From positions 33,023 to 97,022 of the forward strand of contig SVGX01000001.1 of the NCBI GenBank assembly GCA_015056105.1: a DNA stretch of 64,000 nucleotides, in the 5' to 3' direction. A program made the translations under genes and the position numbers. The stretch comes from Clostridiales bacterium. Lineage in GTDB: Bacteria > Bacillota > Clostridia > Christensenellales > CAG-138. Below the pieces are notes generated by a model. That model was not told the DNA's origin, did not search any database, and was given only the letters and a program-made list of their open reading frames with translations. Positions within the stretch are counted from its first letter, which is position 1. Every line of letters starts with the position of its first letter. Shown piece by piece: positions 57,703 through 64,000 of this stretch.

Positions 57703-57890
57703 TTAAATCCTGTGGTGTGCGTGTGTCTCCGTATAAACCCACAGAATAACATCGGGAGTATGCGTTGGTTGGATGATGCCACCTTCATTGCGCTTGGTAA
57801 GCTGAAACCGCCACAATACACCCACCTGCCGAGAGGCGGGTGTTATATAGGGGATGTACGGCACTCTGGGATTTCTTTTACAAAAGATGT

Positions 57891-57964
57891 TGCGGAATTG
57901 TGTAATGGTAGCACCTACGACTCTGACTCGTATTGTCTAGGTTCGAATCCTAGTTCCGCAGCCA
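57891..57964 (+). tRNA. tRNA-Gln (anticodon CTG), CCA encoded
   Basis: Acceptor TGCGGAA/TTCCGCA (U1-A72, G73), anticodon arm TACGA-CTCTGAC-TCGTA, T-arm CTAGG-TTCGAAT-CCTAG. Confidence 0.88.
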
Positions 57965-57992
57965 AAGTCAGGTGCCGAATTGTATCGGCACC

Positions 57993-58022
57993 AAAAAAAG
58001 CCCGTAACAACGGGCTTTTTTG
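57993..58022 (+). terminator. intrinsic terminator after tRNA-Gln
   Basis: AAAAAAAGCCCG-TAACAA-CGGGCTTTTTTT, preceded by a second hairpin GGTGCCGA...TCGGCACC at 57970-57991. Confidence 0.85.
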
Positions 58023-58099
58023 ATACTTTCTATTCTTTTGCGGATTTGGGTTCCACCGTGTATCTCCTACCACAAAACGAGTATAAAACATAGAAATCA

Positions 58100-58148
58100 T
58101 AAAAGCGCCGATCAAGGTAACCCCTTGGTCGGCGCTTTTGTCGTTTTC
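58100..58148. terminator. hairpin terminator downstream of the first island gene
   Basis: AGCGCCGATCAAGG-TAACC-CCTTGGTCGGCGCT (14 bp with one G-T pair), flanked by A-runs and T-runs. Confidence 0.7.
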
Positions 58149-58178
58149 CAATGCAATCAATGAATACCGCTATTCCCA

Positions 58179-58466
58179 TTATAACAAATCAAAATATCTC
58201 AGAAAGCGTATAGCGTCAGAAAAAACCTGAGCATAAAAAGCAGGCTCTTCTATTGCATGAAGATTAAAATTCACTTCAAGATAGCTTTTTACATAAGCCG
58301 TCTCTTCTTCGTTTGCAGTCTTTAAGTCTTCAACCTTATCGATTAAATCTCGCATACGCTTATGCAGACGTTTGTATTCCTCATTCTTTGACACAAGAGA
58401 TTCCAACACAAAATTCAATCTTTCATCAATTAATCCCTTTATTTCACACTTAAAAGAATCATCCAC
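58179..58466 (-). CDS. small helical hypothetical protein (mobile-element associated)
   Basis: GTG start 8 nt after GAGGAGG. The 96-aa product VDDSFKCEIKGLIDERL...AFYAQVFSDAIRFLRYFDLL resembles small proteins common in clostridial elements, a resemblance from memory only. Confidence 0.5.
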   Translation of the reverse strand: MDDSFKCEIKGLIDERLNFVLESLVSKNEEYKRLHKRMRDLIDKVEDLKTANEEETAYVKSYLEVNFNLHAIEEPAFYAQVFSDAIRFLRYFDLL

Positions 58467-58561
58467 AAAAGTGACCTCCTCAACAGTTTTCCGGATATTA
58501 CCTTCCTTTGGGTGGAATTGCAAGTAAAATACCAATCATTTTTGAAAGAAGGTGATCTCTC

Positions 58562-59053
58562 ATTCCATACATCCTCACTCTCATTATTCTTTTCTTTGCA
58601 AAGACTGCAGACAACATGCTCACCACGAGCAAGACTATCCTCGTACAACGAAACCGTCCGGTACTTGCGTCCCTTGCTGTAGTTGCATCCCAAATTATCT
58701 TTTACAAACTCATCGACAGCATAGGATCTTCAGATAACGACCTGGCCCTGTATATTGTGTCCATTGCAAGTGGTGTCGGTACATTCCTGGCTCTAAAGGT
58801 CAATGCACGCTTTTCAAAGGAAAGAACATTCGTCAACGTTATCCTGTCGGACAATAAAGACGCCATGATAGAACTGCGCGAGTTCTTGAAAGAACATAAG
58901 ATAACGAATCTCACAACAGACGGATACACGAAGGACTGGCAGAAAACGATCGCTATCACCGCCTATGCTGAGACCAAAGAGCAAAGCCATCTCATCGATG
59001 ATTACATATCTCACAGCCAATCAAAATTCAAACGACTTATCCAAAAACAATAA
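58562..59053 (+). CDS. UPF0316/DUF2179-like membrane protein; proposed ATT start (the first ATG at 58616 would delete TM helix 1)
   Basis: The frame is open from 58556. IPYILTLIILFFAKTADNMLTTSKTILVQRNR matches the family N-terminus (hydrophobic helix followed by a T.R/KTIL.V.G/N motif). The SD AGAAGGTGATC is at 58547-58557. Confidence 0.55.
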   Translation: MPYILTLIILFFAKTADNMLTTSKTILVQRNRPVLASLAVVASQIIFYKLIDSIGSSDNDLALYIVSIASGVGTFLALKVNARFSKERTFVNVILSDNKDAMIELREFLKEHKITNLTTDGYTKDWQKTIAITAYAETKEQSHLIDDYISHSQSKFKRLIQKQ

Positions 59054-59117
59054 GATGAAACGCTCACGGAACACCAACGTGGGTGTTTTCTCATATAAAC
59101 ACGAAAGGAGTTTCAAT

Positions 59118-59375
59118 ATGAATTTTCCCTCAAGAGAACAGGTAGAAAGTATCCGCAGACGATACCCGCCCGGTACCCGCATCGAGCTTCTAAGCATGGA
59201 AGATCCATACCATCCCGTTCCGCCCGGCATGAAAGGAACTGTGGTTGGGGTGGATGACGCAGGATCTATCATGATGAAATGGGATAACGGCAGGTCATTA
59301 TCTCTCATCCCTGGCGAGGACTCGTTCAGGAAGATAGAGCCTAAGAGTAGGAAGAAAAACAGTCATGAGCGATAA
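59118..59375 (+). CDS. DUF4314-like protein
   Basis: MNFPSREQVESIRRRYPPGTRIELLSMEDPYHPVPPGMKGTVVGVDDAGSIMMKWDNGRSLSLIPGEDSF is the hallmark sequence of this element-associated family. The SD is AAAGGAG. Confidence 0.8.
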   Translation: MNFPSREQVESIRRRYPPGTRIELLSMEDPYHPVPPGMKGTVVGVDDAGSIMMKWDNGRSLSLIPGEDSFRKIEPKSRKKNSHER

Positions 59376-60300
59376 CAAATTTACGGATCAGGAACTTGAT
59401 ATCTGCAGGAACACTGATATGGCAGCGCTTGCCGAATCACTCGGATATACGGTTACGCACCATCATAAATGGCAGACGCTCAAGGAAGCGCAGCACATTG
59501 TCATTAAACAGAATACGCGATACTACGACAATTATAAAAAAGAATGGGGCGATGCAGTAACCTTCGTTCAGGAACACAAGAATCTGCCCTTCCCCGAAGC
59601 GGTAGAATTCCTTCTGGCATTTAACGGGCAGGCACGAGACCAGCCCGTAAAGCAGGCACCGAAGGTTGTTCATCAGGAGAAAAGTGCTCCTGCAGAATTT
59701 ACGCTTCCGGCTCCAAACGATGAATATAAAAAGGTATTCTCGTACCTTCGTAAGCGCGGAATCGCCTATCAGGTCATCAAGAACTTCGCGGATGCCGGTT
59801 TGCTCTATGAGGACAAGGATCATCATAATTGTGTATTCGTGGGCAAAGATGCAGATGGAAAAGCAGTATTCGCATTCAAGCGCGGAACATATGACAGGGA
59901 CGGCGTGGGCTTTAAGGGCGATGTCGACGGAAGCAATAAAGACATTGCATTCCGTCTGTCCTGTGATCCTTCGCTTGATATGGTTCGCGTATATGAGTCG
60001 CCCATAGATCTCATGAGCGATATGACCATGCGCCGATTTATCACAAGCAACTGCGTTGCCCTGTGCTGCCTTGGAGATAACGCCCTTGAAACCTATCTCA
60101 AGGAGAATCCCCATATCAAGCGCATCGACCTATGTCTGGACAGTGATAAATGGGGACGCGAAGCAGCGGAGCGTATGAAGGAAAAGTATGAGAAAAGCGG
60201 ATATGAAGTCCGGGACTTTACTCCTACCAAGGGAAAGGACTGGAACGAATATCTGCAGATAAAAAACGAGAAAAAGCGGGAAAGGAGTGATTCTCGGTAA
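59365..60300 (+). CDS. DUF3991/Toprim-domain protein (primase-like, conjugative-element type)
   Basis: 311 aa. The C-terminal Toprim-like region is VYESPIDLMS...DLCLDSDKWGREAA. It overlaps the upstream gene by 11 nt. Confidence 0.75.
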   Translation: MSDNKFTDQELDICRNTDMAALAESLGYTVTHHHKWQTLKEAQHIVIKQNTRYYDNYKKEWGDAVTFVQEHKNLPFPEAVEFLLAFNGQARDQPVKQAPKVVHQEKSAPAEFTLPAPNDEYKKVFSYLRKRGIAYQVIKNFADAGLLYEDKDHHNCVFVGKDADGKAVFAFKRGTYDRDGVGFKGDVDGSNKDIAFRLSCDPSLDMVRVYESPIDLMSDMTMRRFITSNCVALCCLGDNALETYLKENPHIKRIDLCLDSDKWGREAAERMKEKYEKSGYEVRDFTPTKGKDWNEYLQIKNEKKRERSDSR

Positions 60301-60354
60301 AAGAAAGGCACAGCCATTCCGCCGTGCCATTACCTGATATTAAAGGCTTCAGTC

Positions 60355-60642
60355 TTAATTTTTGATCTGATAAAGATAAATGTTGATTAAAGAGAGAAGA
60401 AACGCATTGTCACTGATTAAAACATAATCACTTTCTGCATTTCCCGTATAACCACAAACCTCCAACGCTTGCAAAACGAGAATCCTGCGCTTGGTTTCAA
60501 GCTGTACTCTTAAAATAAAGGGGGTAACGTTACAGGTGAGGGTTAAGTCATATTGCTTTGAGAGTGGGATCGCTTTTCCCCGTTTCAATATCTTTTCGTA
60601 TACAGCCTCCCACTCTTTTTCCTTAATTTGTCGTAAGACCAT
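60355..60642 (-). CDS. hypothetical protein
   Basis: ATG 8 nt after GGAGG. The 95-aa product is MVLRQIKEKEWEAVYEKILKRGKAIPLSKQYD.... No family was recognised, and the gene is very AT-rich. Confidence 0.45.
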   Translation of the reverse strand: MVLRQIKEKEWEAVYEKILKRGKAIPLSKQYDLTLTCNVTPFILRVQLETKRRILVLQALEVCGYTGNAESDYVLISDNAFLLSLINIYLYQIKN

Positions 60643-60743
60643 AAGCATATCCTCCGTAAATACAAAAAATGTTTTGCGTATGTTAGCTTGAAGTTCCGGT
60701 TTTTGCAAGTATTGTCTATCGAAAAAATGAAAGGAGTGATGAC

Positions 60744-61316
60744 ATAAAAACAGTAGTTGTTAACCTCTACGGCGGCCCCGGTGCAGGCAAGACCACCGCA
60801 GCATGGGAGATCGCAGCCGCCCTCAAGAAAGCAGGCGTAGTTACGGAGTATGTTCCGGAATATGCAAAAGAGCTTGTGTGGGACGGCAGACAGGATCTTT
60901 TGGACGGCAGCCGTGAGAATCAAAGCGCGCTTGTAAAAGAGCAGGCGCGGCGCATCGAAAGGCTGGTGGGAAAGGTGTCCGTCGTCGTCACGGATTCACC
61001 CATCCTGCTCGGCCTGATCTATCAAAAAGAAGCATATCAGGAACTCGAACAATTTGCCTTTGACAAATACTCAGCCATGAATAACTTCAACCTCTTTATC
61101 AACAGAGGAAACGATCCCGCCTTTGAACAGACAGGTCGTATCCATTCCAAGGAAAAGAGCGTATCTATCGACGAAAAGATACGCTCTTTTTTAGATGACC
61201 ATAACATTTTCTACGGCACATATTCCAGAAACCAAGCAGAAAAGATTGCCGAAAATATTCGGCATTCGCTCAACCACAACAAACGCTTCAAAGAAAGCAA
61301 AAATCAAGAAAGATAG
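60744..61316 (+). CDS. P-loop (AAA-type/kinase-like) ATPase; the Walker A motif lies upstream of the first canonical start, so an ATA start is proposed
   Basis: The frame is open from 60687. IKTVVVNLYGGPGAGKTTAAWEIAAALKKAG is encoded at 60744-60836. The SD AAGGAG (60731-60736) lies 7 nt before ATA 60744. The ORF-track start GTG 60876 would remove the P-loop. Confidence 0.6.
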   Translation: MKTVVVNLYGGPGAGKTTAAWEIAAALKKAGVVTEYVPEYAKELVWDGRQDLLDGSRENQSALVKEQARRIERLVGKVSVVVTDSPILLGLIYQKEAYQELEQFAFDKYSAMNNFNLFINRGNDPAFEQTGRIHSKEKSVSIDEKIRSFLDDHNIFYGTYSRNQAEKIAENIRHSLNHNKRFKESKNQER

Positions 61317-61335
61317 AAAAAGGAGAATTTAAACC

Positions 61336-61749
61336 ATGTTGAAAATCAATGTAATCGGAAACCTCACCGCTGACGTCGAACTCAGAACCAAGAAGGGCGA
61401 TGACATCCCTTACGCAATTATGCGCCTTGCATCCGACCGACGCTACCGCAGCAAGGACGGTGATAAGCTGACTGACTTTGTGTCCGTAAAGGTGCGCGGG
61501 AACCTTGCCGAGCGCTGCGCACAGTATCTCGTCAAGGGCGACCGTATCGCTGCCTTTGGCGACTTTGAGACCATCACTACCCCCGATGAGAACGGCAATA
61601 TGCGTCAGAACGGATTCCTTATCAAAGCCTCGGATGTAGAATTCCTGACCAACAAAAAGCGTGAGGAAGCCGAGCTGCAGGAACTTCTCGATACCATCGA
61701 CCTTGACGAAGAAGCTCCGCAGGCTGAAGATCTTCCCGAAGCTGCGTAA
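61336..61749 (+). CDS. ssb: single-stranded DNA-binding protein
   Basis: 137 aa with an OB-fold pattern (INVIGNLTADVELR...FVSVKVRGNLAERCAQYLVKGDRIAAFG) and an acidic tail. The SD is AAAGGAG. Confidence 0.8.
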   Translation: MLKINVIGNLTADVELRTKKGDDIPYAIMRLASDRRYRSKDGDKLTDFVSVKVRGNLAERCAQYLVKGDRIAAFGDFETITTPDENGNMRQNGFLIKASDVEFLTNKKREEAELQELLDTIDLDEEAPQAEDLPEAA

Positions 61750-61770
61750 AAAGAAAGGATCATAGATATC

Positions 61771-62772
61771 ATGAAAAATACCGGAATCGAATACCAAAGC
61801 CATGAACAGACGCCTACTATCCTTTCTTCCTTCTCCGAGCTGCTCCCTCCGTTAACGGACGAGCAGCTCTCTCTTATGGAGGAAGATATCCTCAAGAACG
61901 GCTGTTATGCCCCCATCATCGTCAATGAAGATTTAGTCATCGTCGACGGGCATAATAGATATTCCATCTGCGAAAAGCACGGCCTTCCGTATAGGTTGGC
62001 CGTGTTTTCTTTTGAGGATGATCTGGAGGCAAAGCAGTGGGCGCTCGATACACAAAAATCCCGCAGGAATCTCACGATCAATGAGTTGTGCAAAATTGCC
62101 ATGAAGCTGAGACCGGAGATCGAAGCCAAGGCAAAAGAAAATCAAGGTGAGCGAACTGACATTTTGACACCGGTGTCAAAAAGTTCTCCTGTAGATACAC
62201 GAAAAGAACTTGCCAAAGCTGTTGGTGTGGGCGAGGTGACGATGGGCAGAGCGATGAAGATCGAGGACGATGCGCCGCAGGCAATTAAGGATGCCCTTGA
62301 CAGCGGGGATTTAAGCATTGCTCAGGGCTACAACCTCACCCGTGAACTCGAAGATATGGATATCCCCGAGGACGAACAGGAAGCTGCTGCGATGGAAGCC
62401 GTGGAGCGAGAGATCATACGCAAGCAGGAGAATAAAAAGCGCAAGGTCGACGAGAAAACCCGCATTGCAAAGCTGTTCTGCGCTGCATTTGAAAGCTCAG
62501 TGTTGTTAAAGCCCACAGTGGAAAATGTAGAGACCTGGATCGAGCGTTCGGGTATCCTCCCACATCAGCTTGAAGGCATGGTAAGGGATGCGGAAGAAAT
62601 AGCAGAAAGCTATCTGCAGATCGCAGAAATCATCAAAAATACAATTAAAAACAGAGATAGGAGGAATGAAGATGGCTCGGAAAAAGAAGAACAGGTTTCC
62701 GACTCAGGCGAGAACGGAGATATTGATGACCTTGCGGAAGAACTATCGGATATCATCGGAGAAGATGATTGA
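61771..62772 (+). CDS. ParB-like nuclease-domain (ParB/Srx N-terminal) protein
   Basis: 333 aa. PIIVNEDLVIVDGHNRYSI... is followed by an HTH-like middle region and an acidic C-terminal tail. Confidence 0.75.
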   Translation: MKNTGIEYQSHEQTPTILSSFSELLPPLTDEQLSLMEEDILKNGCYAPIIVNEDLVIVDGHNRYSICEKHGLPYRLAVFSFEDDLEAKQWALDTQKSRRNLTINELCKIAMKLRPEIEAKAKENQGERTDILTPVSKSSPVDTRKELAKAVGVGEVTMGRAMKIEDDAPQAIKDALDSGDLSIAQGYNLTRELEDMDIPEDEQEAAAMEAVEREIIRKQENKKRKVDEKTRIAKLFCAAFESSVLLKPTVENVETWIERSGILPHQLEGMVRDAEEIAESYLQIAEIIKNTIKNRDRRNEDGSEKEEQVSDSGENGDIDDLAEELSDIIGEDD

Positions 62773-63109
62773 TATCGTTTCCAAAGCCGTTCCGTTTGAC
62801 AAATCGGATAAGCCGCTTCGTGCATTCTGGCTTGATAAGTGCAGAAAGCTCATCAGCAGCATTCGTGACGAGGATGGCAAGCGTATGGTGTTTAACATCC
62901 CTGCTAACAAATCTGCCACAGGCTGTTCGGAGTATGTGCTCGTTTGCACCTGCACGGATCCGAGTGAGCTTGCAGCCATAAGGCATAGACTGCACAGTGA
63001 TGTTGCTGGACTCGAAAAATCTATTGATGTCATCGATATCCAGCTCGGCTCTGTTTCGGATATTCAAAAAATGCTGGACAGGAAGCTCTTCAGAAAGGAA
63101 AGTACATGA
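62672..63109 (+). CDS. hypothetical protein (basic N-terminus), translationally coupled to the ParM-like gene
   Basis: ATG 7 nt after AGGAGG. The product starts MARKKKNRFPTQARTEILMTL.... It overlaps the ParB-like gene by 101 nt, and its stop overlaps the next start (ATGA). Confidence 0.5.
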   Translation: MARKKKNRFPTQARTEILMTLRKNYRISSEKMIDIVSKAVPFDKSDKPLRAFWLDKCRKLISSIRDEDGKRMVFNIPANKSATGCSEYVLVCTCTDPSELAAIRHRLHSDVAGLEKSIDVIDIQLGSVSDIQKMLDRKLFRKEST

Positions 63110-64000
63110 GTGATATGCATGTGATAGGAATCGATCACGGAAACGCTGGGATGAAAACCCGCAGCTATTGTTTTTCATCGGGAATCGCAGAGTATGAGCA
63201 CGAACCATTTACCGCAAAGGATGTGCTGGAATATGATGGAAAGTATTATGTCTGCGGAACAGGCAGGCAACCATACTTAAGGGATAAGACAGTAAACAAC
63301 CGGTATTACCTGCTCACCCTTGCGGCAATTGCAAAGGAGATGAATGCAAGGCAGATCGCATCTCCGGCAGATATTTGCATTGCGGCAGGACTGCCGCTCA
63401 CAAACTACGGGCGGGATATCAATGCTTTCAGCAATTACCTGACTTCCAAATCGAATCCCATACGGTTCAAGTATGAAAAAAAGGATTTTGAGATCAACAT
63501 CCGTGAGGTTCTCATCTTTCCACAGGCTTATGCCGCCTTGTCTTTGCACACCGATATGATTAAGGGTGAGCCGTCCATCATCGTTGCGGATATAGGCGGC
63601 TGGACGGTGGATCTTATGCGGATAGACTACGGCACACCGGACGCATCCACCTGCCGCAGCCTCGAACTCGGCATGATCCGCTGTATGGATGAGATATCAG
63701 AACAGGTGCGCCGTTCAGTCGGGCTGTCCGTCACGGCGGCACAAATCGAAAGCGTGCTCAAGGGTGAAAGCTGTGCCATGAACGAAAAAGCCAGAACAGT
63801 CATCAAAGCAGAGGGAGAAAAATATACAGAGCGCCTACTCTCTGCCATATCCGAAAGCGGCTTTGACACGGCAGCTATGCCAATTATCTTTATGGGCGGC
63901 GGTGCCGGACTCATGAAAAACCATGTCGCGCCGTCGTTCGCCCTGTATCGACCGATCATCATCGAGGACGTAAAAGTGAACGCCAAAGGATATGAACGGC
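63106..64000 (+). CDS. parM: ParM/StbA-family actin-like segregation ATPase (partial, runs off the window)
   Basis: The frame is open to the window edge and so is not in the ORF track. VIGIDHGNAGMK (phosphate-1), VADIGGWTVD (phosphate-2) and FMGGGAGL (adenosine) are present. Confidence 0.8.
   Translation, partial: MSDMHVIGIDHGNAGMKTRSYCFSSGIAEYEHEPFTAKDVLEYDGKYYVCGTGRQPYLRDKTVNNRYYLLTLAAIAKEMNARQIASPADICIAAGLPLTNYGRDINAFSNYLTSKSNPIRFKYEKKDFEINIREVLIFPQAYAALSLHTDMIKGEPSIIVADIGGWTVDLMRIDYGTPDASTCRSLELGMIRCMDEISEQVRRSVGLSVTAAQIESVLKGESCAMNEKARTVIKAEGEKYTERLLSAISESGFDTAAMPIIFMGGGAGLMKNHVAPSFALYRPIIIEDVKVNAKGYER

Larger units (their letters stand above)
58023..64000. mobile_element. left part of an integrated plasmid-like / conjugative element (extends beyond the window)
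   Basis: AT content rises abruptly after the tRNA-Gln terminator (36 G+C in the 100 nt hand-counted at 58201-58300). The gene content is DUF4314-like, DUF3991/Toprim-like, P-loop ATPase, SSB, ParB-like nuclease-domain and ParM-like. No integrase, capsid or terminase gene lies in the visible part. Confidence 0.75.

Noticed and set aside
57676-58160. 115-aa (+) and 81-aa (-) ORFs spanning the tRNA-Val/tRNA-Gln region
   Set aside because: They run through tRNA genes and terminators and are not plausible proteins.
58439-58693. 84-aa minus-strand ORF (TTG start) containing a CSLC motif, considered as a small zinc-ribbon gene or a frameshifted extension of 58179-58535
   Set aside because: It has no ATG start or SD. 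It is antisense to the plus-strand frame, which shows convincing UPF0316/DUF2179-like similarity across 58556-59053. The downstream gene has its own GAGGAGG-GTG start at 58466.
57626-64000. Integrase, or an att direct repeat of the tRNA 3' end, expected at the island border; also the prophage hypothesis
   Set aside because: No tyrosine- or serine-recombinase-like ORF and no repeat of the tRNA-Val or tRNA-Gln 3' ends longer than about 8 nt was found in the visible 6 kb. No capsid, terminase or tail genes were found either. The element is therefore called plasmid-like/ICE rather than prophage, and its boundary remains unproven.
1-64000. CRISPR arrays, rRNA genes, IS elements/transposases
   Set aside because: Reading both strands revealed no regularly spaced direct repeats, rRNA-like sequence, terminal inverted repeats or transposase-like translations. 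The only tandem repeats seen are the coding 18-nt OppA linker and short Lys/Glu-codon repeats in the rnr tail.

Overview
The window is 64 kb of a moderately GC-rich Firmicutes/Clostridia-type chromosome. That assignment is an inference from T-box control of aaRS genes, the priA-def-fmt-rsmB-rlmN-stp-prkC-rsgA-rpe block, the smpB-ssrA pair and Shine-Dalgarno usage. About 90% is conserved housekeeping: hisS-aspS behind a T-box leader, RNase J, mltG, pgk-tpiA-gpmI, secG, rnr-smpB-tmRNA, an oppABCDF operon, a murQ-anmK MurNAc-recycling cluster, glmU-like/murF-like/ddl, icd and priA through rpe. All calls rest on reading the supplied translations and the nucleotide sequence by eye; no searches or folds were run. 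Many ORF-track starts were trimmed to the first start codon with a plausible SD. The many long antisense ORFs are treated as GC-driven artefacts. Accessory or unusual material: (1) a two-gene minus-strand module at 45.4-47.1 kb, an ADP-ribosylglycohydrolase followed by an AT-richer 259-aa protein whose motif order resembles Tpt1/KptA-type ADP-ribosyltransferase-fold enzymes. This is my best candidate for an undescribed reversible ADP-ribosylation (toxin-antitoxin/defence-like) system. (2) an AT-rich plasmid-like/conjugative-element segment starting just after tRNA-Val/tRNA-Gln (about 58.0 kb) and running off the window. It carries DUF4314-like, DUF3991/Toprim-like, P-loop ATPase, SSB, ParB-like and ParM-like genes, and two of its genes seem to lack canonical start codons. 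(3) an orphan T-box-like leader with no downstream gene at 15.74-15.94 kb. (4) an apparent 1-nt frameshift at the 3' end of gpmI. (5) an orphan beta-class DNA methyltransferase. (6) a structured, unexplained 290-nt region downstream of ssrA. No CRISPR array, rRNA, transposase or integrase was seen in the window.
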